Source: Spirosoma sp. (GTDB lineage: Bacteria > Bacteroidota > Bacteroidia > Cytophagales > Spirosomataceae). Taken from it: a stretch of DNA of 64,000 bases. Position numbers and translations under genes: made by a program. Positions 29,676 through 39,515 of this stretch are shown here, one piece after another (within the stretch, counting starts at the first letter, position 1; each line of letters starts with the position of its first letter). The notes beneath the pieces are model-generated. The model was given only the letters and a program-made list of their open reading frames with translations, searched no databases and was not told the origin of the DNA. The DNA lies in assembly GCA_014377625.1 (NCBI GenBank), contig JACMPG010000012.1, positions 191-64,190 on the forward strand, read 5' to 3'.

Positions 29676-30370
29676 TAGATAATCCCGTGAACTTGTAAAA
29701 AGACATATACTGGCATGGCCGCAAAGGCCACCGGAATGATGATAGCGAAGAAATAGGTACCAATCGTTTCAATGATGGGTGTATACTTGGGATGGCGAAT
29801 GCCCATGGTTTGGAAACCACTCTGAAAACCGTGCGCCAGGTGAAATCCGATAGCTACCATAGAAATCACGTACAGTAACACGTACCACCATTCAGCAAAA
29901 GCCACTTTTACCACTGCGTACAAATCCTTGTACTGTTTCCCGTCATACTCAGCCATCGGTACAGATCCAAAGTGCATCTCGTACCAGAACGTCCGCATAT
30001 GGATGATGATGAAGAGCAGCAGTACCGTACCCAGAATACCCATATTTCGCGACGACCACAGGCTGTTGGCTTCGGGATGCGAGTAGGCGTACCTTACCGG
30101 ACGCGATGCCTGATTGTGACGGGTCAGAATCAGAGCCATCAGCGCGTGAACCAGAATAGACGTGTACAAAAGATACGACACCGTGATAATGAGCGGATTA
30201 TGCGTCATGAAGTATGTGTATTCATTAAACGCCCGCCCACCGTCGTCCTTAAACAGCTGGAGATTACCAGCCATATGAACAATTAGGAAAGTACTCAGAA
30301 ACAGCCCCGTCAATGACATGACGACCTTGCGGCCGAGGGAGCTGGATAGTGTTTGTGTTACCCAGGCCAT
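29675..30370 (-). CDS. sdhC: Succinate dehydrogenase cytochrome b558 subunit
   Basis: GRKVVMSLTGLFL..FL.VH..GNL; HLAHGFQS; 5 TM segments. Confidence 0.93.
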   Translation of the reverse strand: MAWVTQTLSSSLGRKVVMSLTGLFLSTFLIVHMAGNLQLFKDDGGRAFNEYTYFMTHNPLIITVSYLLYTSILVHALMALILTRHNQASRPVRYAYSHPEANSLWSSRNMGILGTVLLLFIIIHMRTFWYEMHFGSVPMAEYDGKQYKDLYAVVKVAFAEWWYVLLYVISMVAIGFHLAHGFQSGFQTMGIRHPKYTPIIETIGTYFFAIIIPVAFAAMPVYVFLQVHGII

Positions 30371-30485
30371 AGAGTGAATTACTCGGAAAAATTACAGTTA
30401 ACTAAGTGAATTGGAGCCGGTTTTAATGGCGCGTCAAAACTAAATCAGAAACGCCACGCAAACAAGATTTGTCCCCTTAGCACCT

Positions 30486-30526
30486 TGTTTTGTCTAATTT
30501 ATAGCAGATAAAAATTAGACAAAACA
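30486..30526. promoter_or_regulatory. 15-bp perfect inverted repeat between divergent sdhC and fabD
   Basis: TGTTTTGTCTAATTT-N11-AAATTAGACAAAACA. Confidence 0.5.
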
Positions 30527-30622
30527 GACTCCTTTCCAACAGTGTGTATAAAGTTTTTGTTTGCTCTTATCCTACCCATTTACTTTGCCTGTTCAAGTTG
30601 ACCAATGTTAGTTTCAGGAGTT

Positions 30623-31504
30623 ATGAAGGCATACGTATTTCCCGGTCAGGGGTCGCAGTTTCGGGGTATGGGCCACGATCTCTATCAGCAGTCCGAATCG
30701 GCCCGTCAGTTATTCGACCAGGCCAATGAGGTACTGGGTTATGATCTGACTAAGATTATGTTTGAGGGAGCCGACGATGACCTTAAACAAACAATTTATA
30801 CCCAACCCGCTGTATTTCTGCACGGCGTAGTCGTAGCCATGACGCTCAACGGCTTCGCGCCTGATATGGTAGCCGGGCATTCGCTGGGCGAATTATCGGC
30901 CCTGACGGCGGCTGGGGTGCTATCCTTTGCCGATGGTTTACGACTGGCTTCTATCCGGGCCACGGCCATGCAGCGCGCCTGCAACCTGGCTCCGTCTACC
31001 ATGGCTGCCGTACTGGGCTTGTCCGATGCCATTATCGAACAGGTTTGCGAAGGCATCACCGACGAGATTGTGGTGCCGGCCAACTACAACTGCCCCGGTC
31101 AGGTTGTGATTTCGGGGAGTGTAGCCGGTATTCAAATGGCCGAAGAAAGGCTCAAAGCAGCGGGAGCCAAACGCGTAGTGCAGCTGGCCGTGAGTGGTGC
31201 GTTCCACTCGCCGTTTATGGAACCCGCCCGCACCGAGTTTGCCGAAGCTGTGGCGCAAATGCCGTTCAGCGAGCCGCGCTGTCTGGTGTACCAAAACGTA
31301 GATGCCCGCCCCACTACTGACCCAACCCGGCTGAAAGCCAACCTGATTGCCCAGCTCACCTCGCCCGTGCGCTGGACTCAGTCGGTTGAGCGGATGGTGG
31401 CCGACGGTGCAACGAGTTTCACAGAATGTGGACCGGGTAAGGTCTTGCAGGGTCTCATCAAAAAAATAAGCCCGGCGATACCGGTCTCCAATGCGCTGGA
31501 CTAA
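30623..31504 (+). CDS. fabD: Malonyl-CoA:ACP transacylase
   Basis: FPGQGSQ, TQPA, GHSLGE, VSGAFHS, GPGKVL. Confidence 0.96.
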   Translation: MKAYVFPGQGSQFRGMGHDLYQQSESARQLFDQANEVLGYDLTKIMFEGADDDLKQTIYTQPAVFLHGVVVAMTLNGFAPDMVAGHSLGELSALTAAGVLSFADGLRLASIRATAMQRACNLAPSTMAAVLGLSDAIIEQVCEGITDEIVVPANYNCPGQVVISGSVAGIQMAEERLKAAGAKRVVQLAVSGAFHSPFMEPARTEFAEAVAQMPFSEPRCLVYQNVDARPTTDPTRLKANLIAQLTSPVRWTQSVERMVADGATSFTECGPGKVLQGLIKKISPAIPVSNALD

Positions 31505-31513
31505 CCCAATACC

Positions 31514-32293
31514 ATGCAACTGCCGCTAAAAACCCTGCTGATTGACGACGAGCCACTGGCTATCGCCCGGTTGCGCCGGTTATTAGTGCCGTACAGCGAT
31601 ACGTTCGATATCATTGGCGAGGCTGGCAACGGAGCCGAAGGCCTGGCGTTTATCGAAGCCGAACAACCTGACGTTGTTTTTTTGGATATCGAAATGCCGT
31701 TGCTCAACGGATTCGAGATGCTGGCTAAACTGACCACCATGCCAATGGTCATTTTTGCCACCGCCTACGATCAGTACGCAATTCGCGCCTTTGAAGAAAA
31801 CTCGGTCGATTATTTGCTCAAGCCCATCGAAGCCGAACGACTTAGCCGCACAGCCCAGAAAATCCGCAACTTGGTGGAGCACGACGGGGCAAACAGCCGC
31901 AACAACCCAATGAGCGATAGTCTGATGCAGTTGCTGGCACAGATGCAGCCGAAAAAAGAAATTCATTCAATATCGGTCAAAACCGGCGACAAAATCGTGC
32001 TGGTGCCACTCACAGACATTACCCATTTCGAAGCCGAAGACAAATACGTATTCCTTTGTACGACCAGCGGGCAGAAGCACCTGACGAATTATACCCTAAC
32101 GACCCTGAGCGAGAAACTGCCCAATACCTTTCTGCGCGTGAGCCGGTCGGCTATTGTTAACCGCTTCAAAATCGCCGAGATGCACCGCCATTTCGACGGG
32201 AAATATCTGGTGGTGCTGGCCGACAAAAAAGCCACTAAACTCACCACCGGCAGCACCTACGCCGACACCATCCGGCAACTGCTGGATTTGTAG
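31514..32293 (+). CDS. LytTR family response regulator
   Basis: DDEPLA, FLDIEMP, TAYDQYA, DYLLKP; C-terminal FLRVSRSAIVN. Confidence 0.93.
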   Translation: MQLPLKTLLIDDEPLAIARLRRLLVPYSDTFDIIGEAGNGAEGLAFIEAEQPDVVFLDIEMPLLNGFEMLAKLTTMPMVIFATAYDQYAIRAFEENSVDYLLKPIEAERLSRTAQKIRNLVEHDGANSRNNPMSDSLMQLLAQMQPKKEIHSISVKTGDKIVLVPLTDITHFEAEDKYVFLCTTSGQKHLTNYTLTTLSEKLPNTFLRVSRSAIVNRFKIAEMHRHFDGKYLVVLADKKATKLTTGSTYADTIRQLLDL

Positions 32294-32299
32294 GCTGGT

Positions 32300-33211
32300 C
32301 TACCTCATTTTGGTGCGCTTCACTAAATAGGCGGTAAGAATTTGCTCGAAACCCTGGGCGATGTCGGCTTCGATAAAGTCAATTTTGTACTGGCCGCAGC
32401 GCATTTTCAATTCCTGAAAATAGCTTTTCACAGCTTGTTGGTACGTATCACGCACCTGCCCCGGCTGGAGTTTCACTTTCTCGCCCGTTTCGAGGTCAAT
32501 AAACTCGTAGGGCCGCTCATCGAACGCAAACTCTTCTTCGGTTTTCTTGTCTGTGACGTGAAACAGCAGCACTTCGTGCAAATTATGGCGCAGGTGTTGC
32601 AGGGCCGAAAACAGGGCATCGCTATTTTCGGAATTATCGAACATATCGCTGAAAATCACAACGAGCGAGCGTTTATTGATGCGTTCGGCCAGTTCATGAA
32701 TGACCTCGGCGGCTGAGGTTCGGCGCAGGGGTTTGGGCTGCTGCATGAGCAAATCCAACTGCGTAAACAGCTTATGCACATGCGAGGGCGTCGACTTGAT
32801 GGGCGTTTGCAGGTCAATCTGATCCGCAAATGCTGTTAGGCTCACGGCGTCTTTCTGGCGTTGCAACATATAGGCCAGACAGGCCGCGGCCATCACGCTG
32901 AACGTAATCTTGCCGTAATCGGGCTCCGGGTAAAACATGGACGACGACGTATCGACCAGTAAGTGGCAGCGCAGATTGGTTTCTTCCTCGTAACGCTTCA
33001 CGAATAACTTCTCGGTCTTGCCAAATACTTTCCAGTCGATGTGGCGCGTACTTTCGCCCGTATTGTACAGCCGATGCTCGGCAAACTCGACCGAGAAGCC
33101 ATGAAAGGGCGATTTATGCAGACCCGTAATAAAGCCCTCGACCAACTGACGGGCCAGAAATTCGACATTACCAAACGAGCGTACCTGACTTAAGTTGAGC
33201 GGTTGTTTCAT
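32300..33211 (-). CDS. DUF58 (MoxR-associated vWA) protein
   Basis: GLHKSPFHGFSVEFAEHRLY, IDWK, DTSSSM. Confidence 0.9.
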   Translation of the reverse strand: MKQPLNLSQVRSFGNVEFLARQLVEGFITGLHKSPFHGFSVEFAEHRLYNTGESTRHIDWKVFGKTEKLFVKRYEEETNLRCHLLVDTSSSMFYPEPDYGKITFSVMAAACLAYMLQRQKDAVSLTAFADQIDLQTPIKSTPSHVHKLFTQLDLLMQQPKPLRRTSAAEVIHELAERINKRSLVVIFSDMFDNSENSDALFSALQHLRHNLHEVLLFHVTDKKTEEEFAFDERPYEFIDLETGEKVKLQPGQVRDTYQQAVKSYFQELKMRCGQYKIDFIEADIAQGFEQILTAYLVKRTKMR

Positions 33212-33267
33212 TGGAATCAGTGAGCGAATTTGTAGATGTATCCGGTCCAGAGTAAGGTACACAAAAA

Positions 33268-33417
33268 ACGCACCCGGCTCGTCTATCTCCCAAAATTTTG
33301 GGAACTGACGAGCCGGGCGATGTAACCCCGACCTCCCGGTCCGGTAGCCGAATGGCTAAAAAAACACGCTCTGCATGGTTAGCCTTACGGCTACCGGACA
33401 CTCTTGTCCGGGCCACG
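33268..33417. repeat. Hairpin plus degenerate GTAG-class REP doublet
   Basis: cccggctcgtc..gacgagccggg; gtccggtagccg/cggctaccggac; core GGACACTCTTGTCC resembles the 24774 REP. Confidence 0.55.
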
Positions 33418-33422
33418 GTGGT

Positions 33423-33824
33423 TTACCTGATGGCCAGCGAATCGGCAACGAACATAATGGGCTGGCCTTTACCAACAACGCGCAGCGATACATTGGCAAC
33501 GCCCTGCGAAATCATGCCGAGGGCCTTGGCAGCTGCATATGTCAAATCGACAACACGGCCTTTGGCAAACGGGCCCCGGTCGTTGATACGGATGACAACG
33601 GTGTGCTGATTGGATAGATTCGTAACTTCAACTAAGGTGTTCAGAGGTAGTGTACGATGGGCACCTTCAAGGGCTTCGGCCCGAACTCGTTCGCCGTATG
33701 CGGTCCGGCGGCCGCTGAATTTTTTAGCGTAGAAAGACGCTTTTCCCTTCTGCACGAGGAGCGGAAGCGTCTCTGCTGGTTTGATGTTACTGAAGAACAT
33801 CACAACAGACAGAATGAAGTGCAT
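33423..33824 (-). CDS. rlpA: RlpA-family DPBB lytic transglycosylase
   Basis: GKASFY...GRRTAYGE, AHRTLP, VIRINDRGPF, VVDLTYAAA. Confidence 0.88.
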   Translation of the reverse strand: MHFILSVVMFFSNIKPAETLPLLVQKGKASFYAKKFSGRRTAYGERVRAEALEGAHRTLPLNTLVEVTNLSNQHTVVIRINDRGPFAKGRVVDLTYAAAKALGMISQGVANVSLRVVGKGQPIMFVADSLAIR

Positions 33825-34101
33825 ATAGCCATTGGTTACGGTGAAAAAATAAACGGAGAGGGGTGCCTTCACACACTGCACAACCGCTCCGTCTCCACAA
33901 ATGCCAATATCAACAAATACAAAGGTAAAGGATACGGGGCTATCTGACAAGACATTACGCCAAATTACGTAGAATACGCTCTACAATTCACCTACTTTTT
34001 GGGGTGATTTTACCACAAATGCCTGTTAATTAATATGTTTCCCCGGTGCTCTAATTACGCCCACTTTAGCGGCCATAACGGCACTAAACGGTACTGAAAT
34101 C

Positions 34102-34431
34102 GTGGACGAAAGAGAACAGGAAAAAATCTACTCAGACCAGATTAAAGCGGGTAAACGAACGTATTTTTTCGACGTAAAAGCCACCCGCGCCAACGACTAT
34201 TTTCTGACCATTACCGAGAGTCGGTGGCACCCGCAGGGCGGTGGCTTCACCTGCGAAAAGCATAAGCTGTTTCTCTACAAAGAAGACTTCGACACGTTCA
34301 CGGAAGCGCTGCGGCAAACCGTTGATCCCGCAAAAACTGAACTCCTGCCCGACGTTGACTTTACCCAGTTCACCAAACGAAACCGCGAAGAAACCGACGA
34401 CTACGCCAGCAGAACACCGAAGAGGGAATAG
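34102..34431 (+). CDS. DUF3276 / PUR-like nucleic-acid-binding protein
   Basis: IKAGKRTYFFDVK, DYFLTITES, KHKLFLYKEDF. Confidence 0.85.
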   Translation: MDEREQEKIYSDQIKAGKRTYFFDVKATRANDYFLTITESRWHPQGGGFTCEKHKLFLYKEDFDTFTEALRQTVDPAKTELLPDVDFTQFTKRNREETDDYASRTPKRE

Positions 34432-34513
34432 CGTAGCCGGGACGCGTAGTTCGGGGGGGTAGCCCGTGAAGCGTTTGTCCGTATCTTTAAGCGGCCAAAC
34501 TAAGCCTGCATAT

Positions 34514-37500
34514 ATGTTTCGTCTGCCCCAAAAACTTCCCTTTACCAGTCTGTTGCCTCATTTCGAGGGTGATTTGTACTTCGATGAGTCGCCACAACAC
34601 ACGGCGCAGCGGCTGCTGTATGCAACGGATGCATCGGTGTATCAGGAAACACCCGTGGCCGTTGCATTGCCCAAAAACACAGCCGATATCAAACGGCTAA
34701 TCCGGTTTGCGCAGCAGCATAGTCAGGGCGGTCTGCCAACGGGCCTGATTCCCCGCGCGGCTGGTACGTCGCTGGCCGGGCAGGTAGTAGGCAGCGGCAT
34801 TGTGGTCGACATTTCGAAGCATTTTGGTCAGATCCTGGAAATCAACGCCGATGAACGCTGGGTGCGTGTTGAGCCGGGCGTTATCCGCGATGACCTGAAC
34901 GTACGGCTCAAACCACACGGACTGATGTTTGGCCCTGAAACCAGTACCGCCAGCCGCGCCATGATTGGCGGCATGATCGGCAACAACTCGTGCGGGCTGC
35001 ATTCCATCATTTGGGGCACCACCCGCGATCACCTGCTCGAAGTTCGGGCCGTACTCAGCGATGGGGCCGAGGTCACGTTCGGCCCGCTCAGTCAGGCGCA
35101 GTTCAACGCCAAATGCCGGGGCGAGAACGTAGTCAGCCCACTCGAGCAGCGGCTATACATACAGTTTCGCGACTGGCTCAGCAATCCCGCTGTTCGCCAG
35201 CAAATTCAGGACGGCTACCCCAAACCCACCGTTACCCGCCGGAATACGGGCTACGCGCTGGATGCGATGGTAAACCCCACCGGAACGCCGGACCGCCCCG
35301 GCCCCTCCCCGGGAGAGGGCTTCAACTTTGCCCCGCTCATTGCGGGTTCGGAAGGGACGCTTTGCTTCATTACCGAAGCCAAACTGAATCTGTTGCCGCT
35401 GCCACCCAAAGAAACAGCTTTGGTCTGTGCGCATTTTTCAACCATTCGGCAATCGCTCGAAGCTAACTTAGTAGCACTTGAACACGGTTGCGCGGCTTCG
35501 GAACTGGTTGATGATTACATCCTGCAACTGACTAAAACCAACATCGAGCAGGCCAAAAACCGCACCTTCGTGGAAGGCGACCCGAAGGCGATTTTGATGG
35601 TCGAGTTTTTCGATGATACGCACGAGGGCGTGGAGCGCAGGGCTCGAGGGTTTGTGGATGCGCTGAAAGCGAGGGAGTTGGGCTATACTTATCCTGTTCT
35701 GTTCGATGCCGATACGAAAAAGCCGTGGGCGTTACGCAAAGCCGGGCTGAGTATTATGTACAATATTCCCGGCGACGATAAGCCCGCCAACGTGATTGAG
35801 GACACGGCGGTGGATGTGCATGACTTACCGAATTACATCGACGAACTGGACCGGATGGCCTGGGAAAATCACGGCTTGAAACTCGAATATTCAGCCCATG
35901 CGGGAGCGGGCGAAATTCACGTGCTGCCACTTATCAATCTAAAGTCAAGCGAGGGCCGCCAGAAATTCCGGGCGTTGCTGATGGATACGGCCCAACTCGT
36001 GAAAAAGTACGGCGGCTCACTCTCCGGCGAACACGGCGACGGGCGGCTGCGGGGCGAGTTTATTGCCTACATGCTCGGCCCGGAAAATTACCAGTTATGC
36101 AAAGACGTAAAAACGCTCTGGGACCCAAATAATCTGTTTAACCCCGGCAAGGTCATTGACCCGCCCCCCATGAACGAACACCTGCGCTCCGAAGCCGACG
36201 TAGTAGTGCCACAACCAAAAACCATCTTCGACTTCTCGCGCGATGGCGGGCTACTCGAACTGGCCGAAAAATGCTCCGGTTCCGGCGACTGCCGCAAAAC
36301 GCACCTGTCGGGCGGCACGATGTGTCCGAGTTACATGGCCACCCGGCGCGAACACGACACCACGCGGGCGCGGGCCAACATCCTGCGGCATTTTTACACG
36401 AGTCAGGGCCAACCCACCGAACACGACTATGACGCTGTAAAAGACGTACTGGACCTGTGTCTATCGTGCAAAGCCTGCAAATCTGAATGCCCCAGTAGCG
36501 TGGACATGACCCGCATGAAGGCCGAGTTTACGCAGCAATACTATGCGGAACATGGCATACCGTTGCGAGCGCGGCTGGTGGGTAACTTCACAAACTTAAT
36601 GTCGCTGGCCAGTCTCGCGCCCTGGGCGTATAATGGTATTTACGGCTCTACGGCCCTACGTCAGCTCGCCAACAAAATGGTTGGTTTTCATCCCGACCGT
36701 ACCATGCCAGTTCTGGCAAAAATAACCCTCAGAGACTGGTTTACGAGAACAGATAGGCTGGCTTACTCGGCTGTTACGAAGACGGAAAGAACCGAAGGAA
36801 AACGGCGGAGCGGAGCTACTTGGACAGAGCAAATTTGGGTCAGCACAGGCGAAAAACCGAAACCATTCATCAATCTTTTCTGCGACGAGTTCACCAACTA
36901 CAACGATGTTGAGGTAGGCCAAAAAGCTACGCAGTTGATGGAACGTTTGGGGTACATGGTCGCCATTCCTTATCATGTTGAAAGTGGCCGGACGTACCTC
37001 TCGAAAGGGCTGGTGGAAGAAGCCCAAAAAATCGCCATCCGCAACGTGATGCTGCTTAAAGACCTCGTTACGGACGAGACGCCCCTCATTGGCCTGGAGC
37101 CATCAGCCATTCTGACCTTCCGCGACGAGTATCCCGATTTGGTACCGGCAGAGTTGAAAGCCGACGCGCAGCACATCGCCAAAAACACCTTTCTGTTCGA
37201 GGAATGGCTCGCTCGCGAAGCCGACGCCGGGCGCGTTACGGCCAGTCAGTTCACTACCGAAGTGCGTCAGGTGAAGGTACACGGCCATTGTCACCAAAAA
37301 GCCCTTTCTACGATGGAGCCGGTGATGCGCGTACTATCACTGCCCGAGAACTACGTCATTGAGCAGATACCGTCGGGTTGCTGCGGCATGGCCGGGTCGT
37401 TCGGCTACGAAAAAGAGCATTACGACCTTTCCATGCAGATTGGCGAACTGGTTTTGTTCCCCGCCGTGCGCCAGGCCACCAGCGACGTTATCATATCAGC

Positions 37501-37591
37501 CGCCGGCACTTCCTGCCGCCACCAAATCAAAGATGGCACCAGTCGACACGCCCAACACCCCGCCGAAATTTTGTTCGATGCGCTGGCATAG
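34514..37591 (+). CDS. FAD-linked oxidase fused to Fe-S/CCG domains (GlcD/GlcF-like; YdiJ type)
   Basis: YATDAS, PRAAGTSLAGQ, GEHGDG, CSGSGDC, CLSCKACKSECP, HGHCHQK, CCGMAGSFG. Confidence 0.9.
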   Translation: MFRLPQKLPFTSLLPHFEGDLYFDESPQHTAQRLLYATDASVYQETPVAVALPKNTADIKRLIRFAQQHSQGGLPTGLIPRAAGTSLAGQVVGSGIVVDISKHFGQILEINADERWVRVEPGVIRDDLNVRLKPHGLMFGPETSTASRAMIGGMIGNNSCGLHSIIWGTTRDHLLEVRAVLSDGAEVTFGPLSQAQFNAKCRGENVVSPLEQRLYIQFRDWLSNPAVRQQIQDGYPKPTVTRRNTGYALDAMVNPTGTPDRPGPSPGEGFNFAPLIAGSEGTLCFITEAKLNLLPLPPKETALVCAHFSTIRQSLEANLVALEHGCAASELVDDYILQLTKTNIEQAKNRTFVEGDPKAILMVEFFDDTHEGVERRARGFVDALKARELGYTYPVLFDADTKKPWALRKAGLSIMYNIPGDDKPANVIEDTAVDVHDLPNYIDELDRMAWENHGLKLEYSAHAGAGEIHVLPLINLKSSEGRQKFRALLMDTAQLVKKYGGSLSGEHGDGRLRGEFIAYMLGPENYQLCKDVKTLWDPNNLFNPGKVIDPPPMNEHLRSEADVVVPQPKTIFDFSRDGGLLELAEKCSGSGDCRKTHLSGGTMCPSYMATRREHDTTRARANILRHFYTSQGQPTEHDYDAVKDVLDLCLSCKACKSECPSSVDMTRMKAEFTQQYYAEHGIPLRARLVGNFTNLMSLASLAPWAYNGIYGSTALRQLANKMVGFHPDRTMPVLAKITLRDWFTRTDRLAYSAVTKTERTEGKRRSGATWTEQIWVSTGEKPKPFINLFCDEFTNYNDVEVGQKATQLMERLGYMVAIPYHVESGRTYLSKGLVEEAQKIAIRNVMLLKDLVTDETPLIGLEPSAILTFRDEYPDLVPAELKADAQHIAKNTFLFEEWLAREADAGRVTASQFTTEVRQVKVHGHCHQKALSTMEPVMRVLSLPENYVIEQIPSGCCGMAGSFGYEKEHYDLSMQIGELVLFPAVRQATSDVIISAAGTSCRHQIKDGTSRHAQHPAEILFDALA

Positions 37592-37654
37592 GTCAACTCC
37601 CAAACCTTTTACGGCCCTGTCGGTTTTGCATAGACTTAAACATTCACGACGATT

Positions 37655-38629
37655 ATGGAAAACGAGAACCTTAGCGATGGCGCACGACAGGCCGATCTGG
37701 TATCAAGTGAACACGCCGAAACCATGTTTGGCGTTGATCAGGCCGAAACCAATATGGTAAAACTCGTCGATGGTAAGTTAGTGCCGATGGGTAACCCGGA
37801 AGCTGACGTATCCGACGATATGCCCCGAATTAGAACCGGTTCTGACGAAGAGCGGGCGTTGATGGGCGACGATAAAAAGAAATACGAGAATTCCGAAGCC
37901 GCCCTGCGCGCTGGGTCGATGTTCAAGCCCGAAGCCATGCCCGACGACCCCATTGCTGTGGCGGGCATTACGGGAAATCCTGACGCCGGTTCGACGGTAA
38001 ACACGGGACTGCCTTCAGAAAACGCGCCGAATGACCATACCGACGCGGGTGATGACGCCACAAAGACGCACGGCTTTCGGAGCGACATGATTCCACCTAC
38101 GCCCGGCACGCCCGACCCTATGCAACCCACGCCCGGCATTCCCGAAACGCCCCCTTACAACCCGATTCCGGGGCCGGAAATACCCGAGCTGCCCGGCAGC
38201 CCCTCGCCAGACAAGCCCGAAATAGAAGACCCAACGCAACCTGAGCGTCAGCACGAGGTCAACTCGGCCAACTTCGCCACGTTTACGGCAGGGGCATCTG
38301 CTTCAACTTACGATTATAAAGATGAAGGCAAGTCCACGCTAGGCAATGCCGTTCCGGGAAATCAGTATGAAGGCATGACGGCGGGGCCGGACAACGAAGG
38401 TATGAGCGACAGCGGCCCCAATGAGTTGCCCGATACCGGCGACTCGGCCCATCCCTATGGGGTTAACGCCAAAGCTCCTGACGAGTATCAGCCCGGCGAA
38501 CGGCCCGAAGAAGCCAAAGAAACCCGCAATACACCCCGCGAACGCATGGACGAAAGCAGCACCATGGCCGAAGGCATGATGTCCGGCCCCGACCGCTCCG
38601 ATCAGAAATCGACCGACGGGTTAGAATAG
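37655..38629 (+). CDS. Acidic, Pro/Gly-rich, probably disordered hypothetical protein
   Basis: 324 aa, D/E/P/G/T-rich, almost no hydrophobic segments. Confidence 0.65.
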   Translation: MENENLSDGARQADLVSSEHAETMFGVDQAETNMVKLVDGKLVPMGNPEADVSDDMPRIRTGSDEERALMGDDKKKYENSEAALRAGSMFKPEAMPDDPIAVAGITGNPDAGSTVNTGLPSENAPNDHTDAGDDATKTHGFRSDMIPPTPGTPDPMQPTPGIPETPPYNPIPGPEIPELPGSPSPDKPEIEDPTQPERQHEVNSANFATFTAGASASTYDYKDEGKSTLGNAVPGNQYEGMTAGPDNEGMSDSGPNELPDTGDSAHPYGVNAKAPDEYQPGERPEEAKETRNTPRERMDESSTMAEGMMSGPDRSDQKSTDGLE

Positions 38630-38638
38630 GAAAAGCGT

Positions 38639-38723
38639 TAAACACAGAGCGAACGGAGGGTTCACAGAGTTAACAGAGTTTTTTCTCCGTTACTCTGTGA
38701 ACCCTCCGTTCGCTCTGTGTTTA
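38639..38723. repeat. AACACAGAG-type long palindrome
   Basis: 32-bp perfect IR 38639-38670/38692-38723. Confidence 0.85.
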
Positions 38724-38759
38724 GAAAAATCTATCTTTAACCCAAAAAACTGAAACCAT

Positions 38760-39431
38760 ATGAAAACCTTATTGATTTCCCTGCTGCTCGTGGCAGTAAC
38801 CGCACCCGGTAAATGGGTGAGCCTGTTCGACGGAAAGACCATTAAAGGCTGGCATAGCTATCACAAAGATGGCGTAGTTGGCTGGTACGTAGAAGACGGA
38901 GCCATGACACCCGACGGAACTGGGGGTGACCTTGTGACGGATAAAGAGTACGAGAATTTTGACCTCGAGTTCGAGTTCAAAATCCCAAAAGGCTCCAACA
39001 GTGGTGTGGTTTACAAAATCACTGACAGCCCGGACATCAAATCGACGTATATGTCAGGACCGGAGTTCCAGGTTATCGACGACAAAGGCTACATGGGTGG
39101 CGATGGAAAGCTGTATACCCTGAAAGACACGCAGATGACCGGTGCCAACTACGACGTAATACCGCCATCTGATTTCAATCTGGTGAAAACGCCCGGCGAG
39201 TGGAACAAAGGCCGTATTGTGGTCAATAACAACCACGTTGAACACTACCTGAATGGCAAAAAAGTGGTTGATTACATGTACGGCTCCGACGAGTGGAAAA
39301 CCGCCGTGGCTAAGAGTAAGTTTGCCAACTGGCCCTACGCTACGCCCCATGCTAAAGGCAAAATTGCCCTCCAAAACCATAGCCCCAAAGAGCGCGTCTG
39401 GTACCGCAACGTTCGGGTTCGGGAGTTGTAA
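38760..39431 (+). CDS. DUF1080 (3-keto-disaccharide hydrolase-like) secreted protein
   Basis: Signal peptide, LFDGK..GW, NSGV, EFQVID, GEWN, IALQNH, YRNVRVREL. Confidence 0.88.
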   Translation: MKTLLISLLLVAVTAPGKWVSLFDGKTIKGWHSYHKDGVVGWYVEDGAMTPDGTGGDLVTDKEYENFDLEFEFKIPKGSNSGVVYKITDSPDIKSTYMSGPEFQVIDDKGYMGGDGKLYTLKDTQMTGANYDVIPPSDFNLVKTPGEWNKGRIVVNNNHVEHYLNGKKVVDYMYGSDEWKTAVAKSKFANWPYATPHAKGKIALQNHSPKERVWYRNVRVREL

Positions 39432-39442
39432 CGAGTTATTTT

Positions 39443-39506
39443 AAACGCAAAGGGCGCAAAAAAAGGCGCGAAGTTCGCAAAGGTTTCCTTTGCGAACTTC
39501 GCGTTT
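39443..39506. repeat. CGCAAAG-type palindrome between convergent genes
   Basis: 17-bp IR 39467-39483/39487-39503 with upstream acgcaaag/gcgcaaa repeats. Confidence 0.7.
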
Positions 39507-39515
39507 GAGATATGT

